52,806 nt of DNA, taken from assembly GCA_034723125.1 (NCBI GenBank), contig JAYEOP010000021.1, forward strand, positions 1 to 52,806, read 5' to 3'. Shown in pieces: positions 37,878 to 52,554 of the stretch. The position numbers and the translations under genes were made by a program. How positions within the stretch are numbered: the first letter of the stretch is position 1; each line of letters starts with the position of its first letter. The DNA comes from Bacteroidota bacterium (lineage in GTDB: Bacteria; Bacteroidota; Bacteroidia; CAILMK01; JAAYUY01). The notes beneath the pieces were generated by a model. The model was not told the origin of the DNA and made no database searches. It worked only from the letters and a program-made list of their open reading frames with translations.

Positions 37878-39224
37878 ATGTCAAAAGTTTTAATTCTTGG
37901 TGCCGGAATGGTTTCAAAACCAATAGTTAACTATCTTTTAAACAAGGGGTTTTTTGTTACCATAGGAGATTTTGAAAAAGATAAAGCCATAGAAGTAATT
38001 AGTAATCATCCAAAAGGAAAAGCCATCTTTTTTGATGCAACAGATGATAAAACTCTCAACAATCTTGTTGAATCTCATAACATTGTTGTAAGCATTCTCC
38101 CTTATGTTTTCCATGTAAAAATTGCCAAAACTTGTATTGCACATAAAAAAAACATGATAACAACTTCATACGTAAAAGCAGAAATGTCTGATTTAGATAA
38201 AGAAGCAAAAGAAGCAGGCGTAATTATTCTTAATGAAATAGGACTTGACCCTGGAATTGACCACATGAGTGCAAAAAAAATTATTGATGAGGTTCATGAA
38301 AAAAATGGGGAAATCAAAGAATTTTATTCTTTCTGCGGTGCTTTACCAGAACCCGATGCAATAGATAATCCATTTGGGTATAAATTTTCTTGGAGTCCGG
38401 AAGGTGTTGTAATGGCAAGTAAAAATCCTGCTATTTACAAACGCAACAACAAAATAATTGAAGTATCAAGATTAGACATCTTTAAAGACCTTCGTTGGAT
38501 AAAATTTCCAAAAATTGGCAAAGTTGAAGTTTACCCTAACAGAGATTCTCTTGCTTATATCGATATTTATAATATTCCTGAAAGCAATACAGCAGTGCGA
38601 GGAACAATTCGTTTTTTGGGATGGAGTGAAATTCTTGATTCAATAAAAAAACTTGAACTTCTTTCTTATGAAGAAATTGATGTTAAAAATAAAACTTATG
38701 CAGGATTTCTTGCTTCAAGGATAAATGCAAATAGCACCAAGAGACTACCCGAAAAATTAGCTGAATATCTGAACATAAATATTACTTCAAATATTATCAA
38801 AGCATTTGAATACATTGGTTATTTTAAAAATAAACCTATTGACGAAAAAAACAAATCACCATTCGATATTACAGCAGGACTTATGATTCCAAACATGATG
38901 CTTCAGCATGATGAAAGAGATTTGATATTGATGCTTCATACATTTCTTGTAGAATACGAAGATGGAAAAACTGAAATAATCAAATCAAGAATGATTAACT
39001 ATGGAGAAATCGGTGGCAATACGGCAATATCAAAAACCGTTGGATTACCTGCAGCAATAGCTGTTAAAATGATTCTTGATAATGAAATTAAAATAAAAGG
39101 AGTTCATATTCCAACAATTCCTGAAATTTACAAACCCGTTCTTAAAGAATTGGAAAATCTCGGTATTAAAATGGAAGAAGAATACGGACTTTCGGAATTA
39201 GGAATAATTAGAGATACGGAATGA
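37878..39224 (+). CDS. Saccharopine dehydrogenase (saccharopine reductase-type) family protein
   Basis: It has the Rossmann motif VLILGAGMVSKP. GLDPGIDHM and F.SFCG.LP.P are typical of the family. Confidence 0.9.
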   Translation: MSKVLILGAGMVSKPIVNYLLNKGFFVTIGDFEKDKAIEVISNHPKGKAIFFDATDDKTLNNLVESHNIVVSILPYVFHVKIAKTCIAHKKNMITTSYVKAEMSDLDKEAKEAGVIILNEIGLDPGIDHMSAKKIIDEVHEKNGEIKEFYSFCGALPEPDAIDNPFGYKFSWSPEGVVMASKNPAIYKRNNKIIEVSRLDIFKDLRWIKFPKIGKVEVYPNRDSLAYIDIYNIPESNTAVRGTIRFLGWSEILDSIKKLELLSYEEIDVKNKTYAGFLASRINANSTKRLPEKLAEYLNINITSNIIKAFEYIGYFKNKPIDEKNKSPFDITAGLMIPNMMLQHDERDLILMLHTFLVEYEDGKTEIIKSRMINYGEIGGNTAISKTVGLPAAIAVKMILDNEIKIKGVHIPTIPEIYKPVLKELENLGIKMEEEYGLSELGIIRDTE

Positions 39225-39283
39225 TTCTTGTTTTTGTTACACAAAAAAAATTATTCCTACACTTATAATAATGATTCAATAAA

Positions 39284-39856
39284 ATGGTAAAAAAAATATT
39301 ATTATTATCAATTTCCTTATCATTGTTAACCTTTACACTTCTTGCACAAGAAGATTATTCCAGAGAAAAAGATGACAAATATTCTAACGACAAAAGTTTT
39401 TCACAAAAATTAAATTGGGGTGGTGGTGCAGGAATGCAATTCGGAGCAAAAACATACATAGAAATTTCCCCGAAAGTATCATACCCGATAACCGAAAAAC
39501 TTTATGTAGGTGGTGGAATAACGTATATTTATTACAAATTTGATTGGGACAAACTTATTGGTTATGGTGGTGTTAGCAAATCAAGTGTTTATGGAGGTAG
39601 TTTATTTACTCAAGATATGATTTACAATAATATTTTTACTCATATTGAATACGAAGCTTTAAGTTTTGAATATTATGATGTTACAATTTCTGACTACAAC
39701 CGACAATGGGTAGGAAGCTTTTTTGTCGGTGGAGGTTTTAGGCAAGCATTCGGTAAAAACGGCTATCTGCAACTCATGCTTTTGTATAACCTAAACCATC
39801 AAGCACTTTCACCATACTCAAGTCCGTGGGTTCCACGTATTTCAATCTTTTTCTAA
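39284..39856 (+). CDS. Hypothetical small outer-membrane beta-barrel-like protein
   Basis: It has a signal peptide, alternating aromatic/glycine-rich strands and a C-terminal ...RISIFF. Confidence 0.55.
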   Translation: MVKKILLLSISLSLLTFTLLAQEDYSREKDDKYSNDKSFSQKLNWGGGAGMQFGAKTYIEISPKVSYPITEKLYVGGGITYIYYKFDWDKLIGYGGVSKSSVYGGSLFTQDMIYNNIFTHIEYEALSFEYYDVTISDYNRQWVGSFFVGGGFRQAFGKNGYLQLMLLYNLNHQALSPYSSPWVPRISIFF

Positions 39857-39865
39857 ATTTTTATT

Positions 39866-41374
39866 TTGAAATTTAAAGAAATTAAAATATCGCCACATTT
39901 TGTTATTCTGATATTATTTTCTCTTTACATTTTCTTCCCTACAAACAACTCAACTATCGATGCTTACGGCTATGCTGCCGGAATAAAATACGGAAATGAA
40001 CTATTTAATCCTCACCATCTTTTTTATTCAGCAACAGGATATTTACTTTTTAACTTCCTTCAATGGCTAGGTTTTTCGTTAGATACTCTTGAGGTCATGA
40101 AAGTCCTAAATGCTTCGTTTGCAACATTTTCGTTACTAATTTTTAAAAATATTCTCGAAGTCAACAATATCAATAAAAAAGAATTGACCTCATGGATTAT
40201 TATTGCCGGAACAAGCTTCGGATTCTGGAGATTTGCTACCGAAAATGAAACTTATATCATCCCAATTGCATTTTCTCTTCTTGGATCTTTGTACTTTTTA
40301 AAATCTTTAAAAAAACATAAAACCAACTTTTTACTTGCAGGTTTCTTTTCCGCATTAGCTTGCCTTTATCACCAAATACATTTCTTTTGGTGGTTTGGTT
40401 TATTTATTGGAATATTGATTTATTCAAAAAAAATTAAAAACATTTTTTGGTATTTATTGCCAGTTTTAATTGTCTTTTTATCCTACGCTTTAATCATAGT
40501 ATTTTACAACAAGCAACAACTTTCATTCAGCAACATCATCCATTTTGTGTTTTTGGAATTTTTTAAAGGAGGAGTAAGGACAGGTTCAGGACTCGATAAT
40601 TTGCTATTTACAACAATAAATTTTATTCGCACATTCTTTCAAGCACACGGACTAATGCTGTTTCTATTTAAAAAAAATATTCTTTACATTCTGCCTACTA
40701 TAGTTTCAATAATTTTAATCTTTTTTTCTATTTTTCAAAAAAACTTTCTAAGACTAAAAAAAATAAAACAACAAACGCTTATTTCCAAAATATTCATTTT
40801 TATTTTTTTTCTTCAGCTTGCATTTGCCTTTTATTCAATCGGAAACTCAGAGTTTATGGTAATGTTACCATTTTTAGCGATTATTCCTCTATCAATATTT
40901 TTTCAATTTAATAAAAAATCATTGCAACTAATTGCTCTCTCCCTACTAATCTGGAATTTTAGTTATGGTATTTTACCAAACAACTTTATTGATTACTCAA
41001 ATAATAAAGTACTAATCAGCAAAATTCTGGAAAATCAAAATTCCCTTTTTATTTTAAAAGAAGATATTCAAATACAAAATGAGATTTATTACAAAACTGG
41101 AATTGAAGACATTGCAAATGTTTTAAAATCTCCTTCCGAAACAAAAATAAAAAACAGATCCTTAATAAAACTTGACAACAGCATCCAAGATCATCTAAAA
41201 AACAACAAAAAAGTTTATACTGATTGTTTAAACGAAAATAACGTCATTAACCGTGCTTGCTTGATAAAAAATAACACTAATAAACAATTTTTTATAAAAT
41301 ATAATCTCACAGCAGTTGATTCATTTAAAACACTTTTTAACAGTAAATATCTTTTTGAAATAAAAAACAATTGA
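39866..41374 (+). CDS. Polytopic membrane protein, possibly a GT-C-fold glycosyltransferase
   Basis: It has about 11 predicted TM helices followed by a soluble C-terminal domain. The start is TTG. The function is a guess from the architecture only. Confidence 0.6.
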   Translation: MKFKEIKISPHFVILILFSLYIFFPTNNSTIDAYGYAAGIKYGNELFNPHHLFYSATGYLLFNFLQWLGFSLDTLEVMKVLNASFATFSLLIFKNILEVNNINKKELTSWIIIAGTSFGFWRFATENETYIIPIAFSLLGSLYFLKSLKKHKTNFLLAGFFSALACLYHQIHFFWWFGLFIGILIYSKKIKNIFWYLLPVLIVFLSYALIIVFYNKQQLSFSNIIHFVFLEFFKGGVRTGSGLDNLLFTTINFIRTFFQAHGLMLFLFKKNILYILPTIVSIILIFFSIFQKNFLRLKKIKQQTLISKIFIFIFFLQLAFAFYSIGNSEFMVMLPFLAIIPLSIFFQFNKKSLQLIALSLLIWNFSYGILPNNFIDYSNNKVLISKILENQNSLFILKEDIQIQNEIYYKTGIEDIANVLKSPSETKIKNRSLIKLDNSIQDHLKNNKKVYTDCLNENNVINRACLIKNNTNKQFFIKYNLTAVDSFKTLFNSKYLFEIKNN

Positions 41375-41630
41375 TAGTTCCTTTTTCTCTAATTTGATTT
41401 ATTAATTATTTATTTATTCTAAATTTTAAAAAACTGTAAATTAAAATGCAAATACACAAATTTTTGTTATTTTTAATAATACACTTGTAAATAAATGATA
41501 TTCTAATATATCGTTCAAAATTTAATATATCATACTGGAAAATTTCAAGTTAATATATGCAACAATATTGAAAATCAAATCATTATAATCGAAATTATAT
41601 CAGCATTTGAAAGAATCATTAAAAATATTG

Positions 41631-41668
41631 TAATAAAAAACCCTAGCAATTTTTTAATTACTAGGGTT
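41631..41668 (-). terminator. Intrinsic terminator of the rRNA operon
   Basis: The minus strand reads AACCCTAG-taattaaaaaattg-CTAGGGTT followed by a T run. It lies 9-10 nt downstream of the 5S 3' end. Confidence 0.65.
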
Positions 41669-41676
41669 AGAATAAT

Positions 41677-41783
41677 TTGGCAATTACATACTTTCCCACC
41701 TATTGGCAGTAACATCTGCGTAAATGAGCTTAACTTCTCTGTTCGAAATGGTAAGAGGTGAACCTCATTGCTATAATCACCAA
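41677..41783 (-). rRNA. rrf: 5S ribosomal RNA
   Basis: The minus strand reads TTGGTGATTATAGC...CCATTTCGAACAGAGAAGTTAAGC...GGGAAAGTATGTAATTGCCAA. The ends pair as helix I. It lies downstream of the 23S. Ends are accurate to about 3 nt. Confidence 0.85.
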
Positions 41784-41820
41784 ATTAAATTTTTATAAAC
41801 ATGCTGGAAATAAAAAATTA

Positions 41821-44709
<2,889 letters not shown>

Positions 44710-44775
44710 GAATTTTAAATTTCCAGCATGTAAAAGAACTTTGTTTTCTATAGACCAAATGTCTATTTTTTGTTG

Positions 44776-44849
44776 TGGAGAATATCGGGCTCGAACCGAT
44801 GACCTTCTGCGTGCAAGGCAGACGCTCTAGCCAACTGAGCTAATCCCCC
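44776..44849 (-). tRNA. tRNA-Ala (anticodon TGC)
   Basis: I hand-folded a 74-nt cloverleaf: GGGGGAT TA GCTC AGTTGGCTA GAGC G TCTGC CTTGCAC GCAGA AGGTC ATCGG TTCGAGC CCGAT ATTCTCC A. It has the G3:U70 Ala identity pair. CCA is not encoded. Confidence 0.97.
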
Positions 44850-44862
44850 TCATATAATCTAG

Positions 44863-44936
44863 TAGTCCCGCGCAGACTTGAACTGCGGACCCCTACATTA
44901 TCAGTGTAGTGCTCTAACCAGCTGAGCTACGGGACT
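44863..44936 (-). tRNA. tRNA-Ile (anticodon GAT)
   Basis: I hand-folded a 74-nt cloverleaf: AGTCCCG TA GCTC AGCTGGTTA GAGC A CTACA CTGATAA TGTAG GGGTC CGCAG TTCAAGT CTGCG CGGGACT A. CCA is not encoded. Confidence 0.97.
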
Positions 44937-45017
44937 GTGGGACATTTAATTAAGATTATTTGAAGGAAAACAAATAAAAGGAGAGTGGAAAAATAGGTAA
45001 ACAGTGTTTTGACTCTA

Positions 45018-46540
<1,523 letters not shown>

Positions 46541-46661
46541 TAAAAAGTAATTTTTAATCTAAAACTCAAGTAAACCTATTTATTTCCACAAACCTTCAAA
46601 GAACTTATATATTCAACCTCTATTGGTTGTTTGTTTTTCTTTCCTCTCCCAAAAGGGAGTG

Positions 46662-46694
46662 CAAAGGTAATACAATTTTATTAACTAGCACAAA
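46662..46694 (-). promoter_or_regulatory. rRNA promoter copy 1 (proximal): -7 TACCTTTG (46669-46662) and -33 TTTG (46694-46691), 21-nt spacer
   Basis: It matches the Bacteroidota sigma-A consensus TTTG-N19-21-TAnnTTTG. It is embedded in a roughly 90-bp unit that is repeated in tandem. Confidence 0.6.
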
Positions 46695-46752
46695 AAAAGT
46701 TTTTTTATTTAAAGTCTTTTTTGTTGTTTCTTTTAACTTTTAAAAAGAAGTG

Positions 46753-46785
46753 CAAAGATAAAACATTTTTTTAAACTAACACAAA
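46753..46785 (-). promoter_or_regulatory. rRNA promoter copy 2: -7 TATCTTTG (46760-46753) and -33 TTTG (46785-46782), 21-nt spacer
   Basis: It has the same architecture and flanking sequence as copy 1 (cttttaaaaag.agtgcaaag.taa.a...ttaa.ta.cacaaaaaaa). Confidence 0.55.
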
Positions 46786-46838
46786 AAAATCTTTTTTTTT
46801 AAAGTTTTTTGTTTCCCTTTCACTTTTAAAAAGGAGTG

Positions 46839-46869
46839 CAAAGGTAATATTGTTTTTTTAATAAACAAG
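46839..46869 (-). promoter_or_regulatory. rRNA promoter copy 3: -7 TACCTTTG (46846-46839) with a degenerate -33 (CTTG)
   Basis: It has the same repeat unit. The -33 element is weaker (acaag on the plus strand). Confidence 0.45.
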
Positions 46870-46950
46870 AAAAACTTTAAATTTTTTATTTCAGATTTTT
46901 TAAGCTATTGTTTCCTCTATTGGAATCATTGCAATATTTAATTGCGAGGG

Positions 46951-46985
46951 CAAAGGTAGTATAATATTTTTAACTACAATACAAA
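46951..46985 (-). promoter_or_regulatory. rRNA promoter copy 4 (distal): -7 TACCTTTG (46958-46951) and TTTG at 46985-46982, 23-nt spacer
   Basis: The -7 box is conserved, but the surrounding repeat is more diverged and the spacer is longer. Confidence 0.4.
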
Positions 46986-47393
46986 AATGATAAATATTTT
47001 CAATAGTTGATTTTGTAATTTATATTTTATTTATAATACTTATTATATGTTGCTGTTTTCAAGTATTATATATACGATATTTCATATATTTAATAAAAGA
47101 TATTTTTTTATATTACTAATTTTATTTATACATTAATATATATAGTTATCAATAGCAACGATATCTGTTTATTAAAATGTGATAAAATCATTTCATAAAG
47201 TTCTAAATTATTTGATTAATCGCATTGGTTATCTCATTTTTTACCTCTTAAATTGTTCTGATTTTCTCATCAACCTATTTCTTTCAATAAAAATTGCATT
47301 TACAATTCTAATAATCTTATTGCATAATATATTACGATTATTCTTCTATATGAAATTGTAATAATTTTCAATGTATATATAATATATGTTTGT

Positions 47394-47401
47394 TAGTTTT
47401 G
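47394..47401 (+). promoter_or_regulatory. Candidate -7 box (TAGTTTTG) for ahcY
   Basis: It matches TAnnTTTG 39 nt upstream of the ATG at 47441. Confidence 0.35.
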
Positions 47402-47440
47402 CAGTAATTCTAAATTGATTAAATTTAAACATAAAACATA

Positions 47441-48844
47441 ATGATTACAGATTTTAAAATTGCAGATATTTCGCTTGCAGATTTCGGGAGAAAAGAAATT
47501 GAACTTGCAGAGATTGAGATGCCAGGATTGATGAGTATCCGAGAAAAATATTCAAATGAAAAGCCATTAAAAGGAGTTAGGATAATGGGATCGTTACACA
47601 TGACAATTCAAACTGCTGTGCTAATTGAAACTTTGGTAGAATTAGGTGCTAATGTTAGATGGTCAAGTTGTAATATTTTTTCTACACAGGACCATGCAGC
47701 TGCGGCTATTGTAAGAGACAGGAATGTTCCTGTATTTGCATGGAAAGGTGAAACATTAGAAGAATATTGGTGGTGTACTAAGCAAGCATTATCATTTCCT
47801 AATGATAAGGGTCCAAACTTAATTGTTGATGATGGAGGAGATGCAACTTTAATGATGCATTTGGGTTATCAAGCGGAACAGGATTCTTCAATTTTGGATA
47901 AAGAAGTTGACAGTACAGAGCAAGCTTTATTGTTTAAGCTTTTAAAAGAGACACAAAAAGAAGATTCGCAAAAGTGGAGTAAATTTGTGAAAGAATGGAA
48001 AGGAGTTTCGGAAGAAACAACTACAGGGGTTCACAGATTGTATTCAATGAATAAAAATAATGAATTATTGGTTCCAGCAATTAACGTAAATGATTCCGTA
48101 ACAAAGTCAAAATTTGACAATAAATATGGTTGCAGGGAATCATTAGTAGATTCTATTAAACGAGCAACTGATTTAATGATTTCCGGTAAAATTGCAGTTG
48201 TACTAGGATATGGAGATGTAGGGAAAGGATCTGCAGAATCATTAAGGTCAAATGGTGCAAGAGTTATTGTAACAGAGATTGATCCTATATGTGCATTACA
48301 AGCATCTATGGAAGGTTTTGAGGTAAAACGTCTAGAAGAAACCTTTGATGAAGGAGACATTTTTGTAACAACAACAGGTAACAAAGATGTTATTACAGCA
48401 GAACACATGAAAGCAATGAAAAATATGGCTGTTGTATGTAATATTGGTCATTTTGATAATGAGATACAAGTTGAGAAGCTTGAAAATTTGGACGGAATGG
48501 AGAAAATAAATATAAAACCCCAAGTTGATCAGTTTAAATTTTCAGATGGACATTCAATTATTTTACTTGCAGAAGGAAGATTAGTTAATCTCGGTTGTGC
48601 AACAGGACATCCATCATTTGTAATGAGCAATTCATTTTCTAATCAAACATTAGCACAAATAGATCTTATGAAAAATGATTATGAAATCGGAGTTTATAGG
48701 TTGCCTAAATATTTGGATGAAGAAGTTGCAAGATTACATCTTGAAAAATTAGGTGTTAACTTAACAAAAATGTCAGAGGAGCAATCAAAGTATATTGACA
48801 TACCAATTGAAGGTCCTTATAAGCCAGATCATTACAGATATTAG
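47441..48844 (+). CDS. ahcY: Adenosylhomocysteinase
   Basis: It has [24 protein letters not shown], the NAD motif [18 protein letters not shown] and [12 protein letters not shown]. Confidence 0.97.
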   Translation: MITDFKIADISLADFGRKEIELAEIEMPGLMSIREKYSNEKPLKGVRIMGSLHMTIQTAVLIETLVELGANVRWSSCNIFSTQDHAAAAIVRDRNVPVFAWKGETLEEYWWCTKQALSFPNDKGPNLIVDDGGDATLMMHLGYQAEQDSSILDKEVDSTEQALLFKLLKETQKEDSQKWSKFVKEWKGVSEETTTGVHRLYSMNKNNELLVPAINVNDSVTKSKFDNKYGCRESLVDSIKRATDLMISGKIAVVLGYGDVGKGSAESLRSNGARVIVTEIDPICALQASMEGFEVKRLEETFDEGDIFVTTTGNKDVITAEHMKAMKNMAVVCNIGHFDNEIQVEKLENLDGMEKINIKPQVDQFKFSDGHSIILLAEGRLVNLGCATGHPSFVMSNSFSNQTLAQIDLMKNDYEIGVYRLPKYLDEEVARLHLEKLGVNLTKMSEEQSKYIDIPIEGPYKPDHYRY

Positions 48845-48852
48845 AAAAAGAG

Positions 48853-49569
48853 ATGACGAGATTAAGTGTAAACATTAATAAAGTAGCTTTAATAAGGAAT
48901 TCCAGAATTGGAAATCTTCCTGATGTATTACAAGTTGCAAAAGACTGTGAACATTTTGGTGCTGAAGGTATTACTGTTCATCCTCGTCCTGATGAAAGGC
49001 ATATACGATACAGTGATGTGATTAATTTAAAATCATCAGTTACAACAGAGTTAAATGTTGAAGGAAATCCTATTTCAAAATTCATGAATCTTGTTTTAGA
49101 TATTTTGCCAGATCAGGTTACACTTGTTCCTGATTTACCCGATGCATTAACTTCGGATAATGGTTGGGATACTATTAAAGAGAAAAGTTTTTTAACAGAA
49201 ATTATTTCAGAACTAAAAAACAATGGAATAAGAACATCCATTTTTGTAAATCCTGATTGTAGAATGATAGATGGTGCAAAAAGTGTTGGTGCTGATAGAA
49301 TAGAATTATATACAGAATCGTATGCAAAAGGATATTTAAAAAACAAAGAAAAAGCAATAAAGTTGTTTGTAGAAGCAGCAAATCATTCAAATAAAATTGG
49401 AATTGGGTTTAACGCTGGTCATGATTTAAATTTAGAAAACCTTAATTTTTTTAACACAAAAATAACAGGTTTATTAGAGGTTTCTATAGGACATGCTTTA
49501 ATTTCAGATTCTTTATATTTAGGATTAGAAAATACAATTCAGTTATACTTAAGAGAATTAAAAAAATAA
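48853..49569 (+). CDS. pdxJ: Pyridoxine 5'-phosphate synthase
   Basis: It has LSVNINKVALIRNSR, ITVHPRPDERH, VEGNP and NAGHDLN. Confidence 0.95.
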   Translation: MTRLSVNINKVALIRNSRIGNLPDVLQVAKDCEHFGAEGITVHPRPDERHIRYSDVINLKSSVTTELNVEGNPISKFMNLVLDILPDQVTLVPDLPDALTSDNGWDTIKEKSFLTEIISELKNNGIRTSIFVNPDCRMIDGAKSVGADRIELYTESYAKGYLKNKEKAIKLFVEAANHSNKIGIGFNAGHDLNLENLNFFNTKITGLLEVSIGHALISDSLYLGLENTIQLYLRELKK

Positions 49570-49583
49570 TAATATAAATAGTT

Positions 49584-51038
49584 ATGGATACAAATCTTAT
49601 ATTTTCAAAAAGCAAAAAAGGAAGGAAAGCATACACACTTCCCAAAATTGATGTACCTGATGTAACAAAAGAACTTTCAGTAAAATTTGTCAGGGAGGAA
49701 AAAATTGAATTGCCTGAAGTAAGTGAAAACGAGCTTTATAGGCATCTTGTTAAACTTTCGAATAAGAATTTCCATATTGATGTGGGAATGTATCCTTTAG
49801 GATCGTGTACTATGAAATACAATCCAAAAGTTAACGAAGTTACATCACGTTTTGATAATTTTTTAAATTTACATCCTTTACAATCGCGGGATAATGTTCA
49901 GGGGTCATTAGAGATAATTTACAAAATCCAGGTAATTTTAGAAGAGATATCCGGATTTGATCAAGTTTCAATGTCTCCGGCAGCAGGTGCCCATGGAGAG
50001 TTTGCCGGTATTCTTGCAATAAGAAAGTATCATGAAAGCAGAAATGAAATTGAAAAAAGGAGAAAGATTTTAGTTCCTGATTCAGCACACGGAACAAATC
50101 CAGCAAGTGCTTCAATGTGTGGTTTTGATGTAGTAAGTATAGAATCTTTAGAAAATGGACAAATTGATATAGAAAGTTTGAAAGATCATTTAGGTGATGA
50201 TATCGCAGGAATGATGATTACTATGCCAAATACTGTTGGTATTTTTGAGGAGCAGATAACAGAAATTTCTAAATTAGTTCATGAATGTGGAGGTTTGATG
50301 TATATGGATGGTGCAAATCTTAATGCAATTATGGGGATTGTAAAGCCAGGAGATATTGGATTTGATGTAATGCATTTTAATTTACACAAAACCTTTTCAA
50401 CACCTCATGGAGGCGGAGGTCCAGGTTCAGGTCCTGTTGGTGTAAATAAAAAGTTAAGCCAATTTTTACCATCACCAATAGTTGAAAAAGAAGGGAATAC
50501 TTATAAATTTGCAGAAGTTACTCCTGATTCAATTGGGAAAATGCTTACATTTTGGGGAAATTTTGCAATTATTGTAAGAGCATACACTTATTTAAGAATG
50601 CTTGGTGCTGATGGTTTATTTGCAGTTTCTAAAAATGCAATTATAAATGCAAACTATATACTTCAACGATTAAAAGATTATTATGATGCTCCTTATAAAA
50701 AAGAAAAAATTATGCATGAAGCAATTCTTTCTTCTGATAGTTTAAAAAAGAAATATGGTATTTCTACTTTTGATGTTGCTAAAAGGCTTCAAGATTATAA
50801 TTTTCATCCACCAACAATTTATTTCCCGCTTATTGTTCATGAAGCATTAATGATAGAACCAACAGAAACTGAATCAAAAGAAAATATTGACGCATTTTGT
50901 GATGCTATGATAAAGATTACAGATGAAGCAAAAAATAATCCTGAAATAGTAAAATCAGCACCAAATAATTTACAAATCGGAAGATTAGATGATGCTTATG
51001 CTGCTAAAAATATTAATGTTTGCTGTTATTTAAATTAA
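49584..51038 (+). CDS. gcvPB: Glycine dehydrogenase (aminomethyl-transferring) subunit 2
   Basis: It has LGSCTMKYNP and the PLP-lysine region HFNLHKTFSTPHGGGGPG. At 484 aa the length is typical for the beta subunit. Confidence 0.95.
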   Translation: MDTNLIFSKSKKGRKAYTLPKIDVPDVTKELSVKFVREEKIELPEVSENELYRHLVKLSNKNFHIDVGMYPLGSCTMKYNPKVNEVTSRFDNFLNLHPLQSRDNVQGSLEIIYKIQVILEEISGFDQVSMSPAAGAHGEFAGILAIRKYHESRNEIEKRRKILVPDSAHGTNPASASMCGFDVVSIESLENGQIDIESLKDHLGDDIAGMMITMPNTVGIFEEQITEISKLVHECGGLMYMDGANLNAIMGIVKPGDIGFDVMHFNLHKTFSTPHGGGGPGSGPVGVNKKLSQFLPSPIVEKEGNTYKFAEVTPDSIGKMLTFWGNFAIIVRAYTYLRMLGADGLFAVSKNAIINANYILQRLKDYYDAPYKKEKIMHEAILSSDSLKKKYGISTFDVAKRLQDYNFHPPTIYFPLIVHEALMIEPTETESKENIDAFCDAMIKITDEAKNNPEIVKSAPNNLQIGRLDDAYAAKNINVCCYLN

Positions 51039-51041
51039 AGT

Positions 51042-52499
51042 ATGAAAGAACTCAATAATAATTATCTTTTAGAAAATTGGATTGAGAAGGAAAAAGCAGC
51101 TAGTAAGCTTTCCAGAATAGTTGTTGATTTATGGTATAATAAATCTATTGAATTAGTCTTATTTAGGAAAAAGCTTTTTGATAAAGGGATTGAATTGATT
51201 TTACAACATCATTCTTTAGCAAGAAAAATAATCCAAAAAGATTTGACAATACACGATACGTTAAGGTTAGCAGAATGTATTTCAAAGTTGGATATTGCTC
51301 CCTCAAAAATTGATTTAGGTAGATTAGGCAGTGAATATCTGGATATTAAGAATGATAAAAATATAAGTTGCAAAGATTTTACTAAAGAACGTTTAGATGA
51401 TTTAATTGGTTCGAGTAGGTTAAAACTTGCTTCCAAGGATATTGTTTTATTTGGTTTTGGCCGAATAGGAAGAATAGTTGCGAGATTATTGATTGATAAA
51501 ACAGGAAAAGGAGATCAATTACGACTTAAAGCAATAGTAATAAGAGGACAATTAGATGAAAAACAAATAACGAAACGTGCAGAATTATTAAGAACAGATT
51601 CGATTTTTGGACCATTTAGAGGAAATGTTACTGAGGATTTTGAGAATAACAGATTGATAATAAACGGTCAAGCCGTTCAATTAATTAGTAGCAAAGACCC
51701 TGCGACAATAGATTATACAAAGTATGGAATAAACAATGCATTATTGATTGACAACACAGGAGCATGGAGGGATAGAAAAGGATTAGGTCAGCATTTGAAA
51801 GCAAAAGGTATTGAAAAAGTATTACTAACAGCTCCTGGAAAAGATGATATTCCAAATGTTGTTTATGGTGTAAATCATGAGGAATTTTCTATTAAAGATG
51901 AGAATATCTTTTCTGCAGCATCCTGTACAACAAATGCAATTGTACCACCGCTAAAAATTATTGATGATTTTTTTGGAATAGATTACGGACATATTGAAAG
52001 TATTCATTCTTATACAAATGACCAAAACCTACTTGATAACTACCATGATAAATCAAGACGAGGCAGAGCTGCGGCATTAAATCTTGTAATAACAGAAACA
52101 GGTGCAGGTAAAGCAGTTTCAAAAGCATTGCCTCCTCTTAAAGGAAAACTTACAGGAAATGCTGTACGAATTCCAACTCCTAACGGTTCATTAGCAATAC
52201 TTAATTTAATTCTTTTTCAAAGAACAAGCAAAAAAGATGTTAATGAAATATTAAAACAGCATTCATTAAATGGAAGAATGATTGAACAATTAGGTTTTTC
52301 CGAAAACCAAGAACTTGTTTCAAGTGATATTATCAGAGATAATCATACTTGTATTATTGATGGTGCATCAACGATTGTTTCAAAAAATAAGAAGAATTTA
52401 GTGCTGTATGTTTGGTATGATAACGAATGGGGTTATTCTGAACAAGTTATCAGATATGCAAAACATATTGCAGGTGTTGAACGTTTGACATACTACTAA
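51042..52499 (+). CDS. gap: Glyceraldehyde-3-phosphate dehydrogenase, long form with a roughly 140-aa N-terminal extension
   Basis: The Rossmann motif FGFGRIGR begins near residue 147. The catalytic motif is ASCTTNA, and the C-terminus has WYDNEWGYS. The N-terminal region has no motif I recognise. Confidence 0.9.
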   Translation: MKELNNNYLLENWIEKEKAASKLSRIVVDLWYNKSIELVLFRKKLFDKGIELILQHHSLARKIIQKDLTIHDTLRLAECISKLDIAPSKIDLGRLGSEYLDIKNDKNISCKDFTKERLDDLIGSSRLKLASKDIVLFGFGRIGRIVARLLIDKTGKGDQLRLKAIVIRGQLDEKQITKRAELLRTDSIFGPFRGNVTEDFENNRLIINGQAVQLISSKDPATIDYTKYGINNALLIDNTGAWRDRKGLGQHLKAKGIEKVLLTAPGKDDIPNVVYGVNHEEFSIKDENIFSAASCTTNAIVPPLKIIDDFFGIDYGHIESIHSYTNDQNLLDNYHDKSRRGRAAALNLVITETGAGKAVSKALPPLKGKLTGNAVRIPTPNGSLAILNLILFQRTSKKDVNEILKQHSLNGRMIEQLGFSENQELVSSDIIRDNHTCIIDGASTIVSKNKKNLVLYVWYDNEWGYSEQVIRYAKHIAGVERLTYY

Positions 52500-52554
52500 T
52501 TAATGTATAGATTTTGCATTTGTATTTCTTTCCAAAACAAAAAATAAATTTTTT

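Noticed and set aside
46990-47440. The extremely AT-rich 450-bp gap between the rRNA promoters and ahcY as an oriC/DUE. The 60-aa ORF at 47179-47361 lies within it.
   Set aside because: Only weak DnaA-box-like strings are present (TTATCAATA, TGTGATAAA). The ORF is an isoleucine/leucine/phenylalanine-rich AT-composition artefact. The region is better explained as divergent promoter and UP-element DNA.
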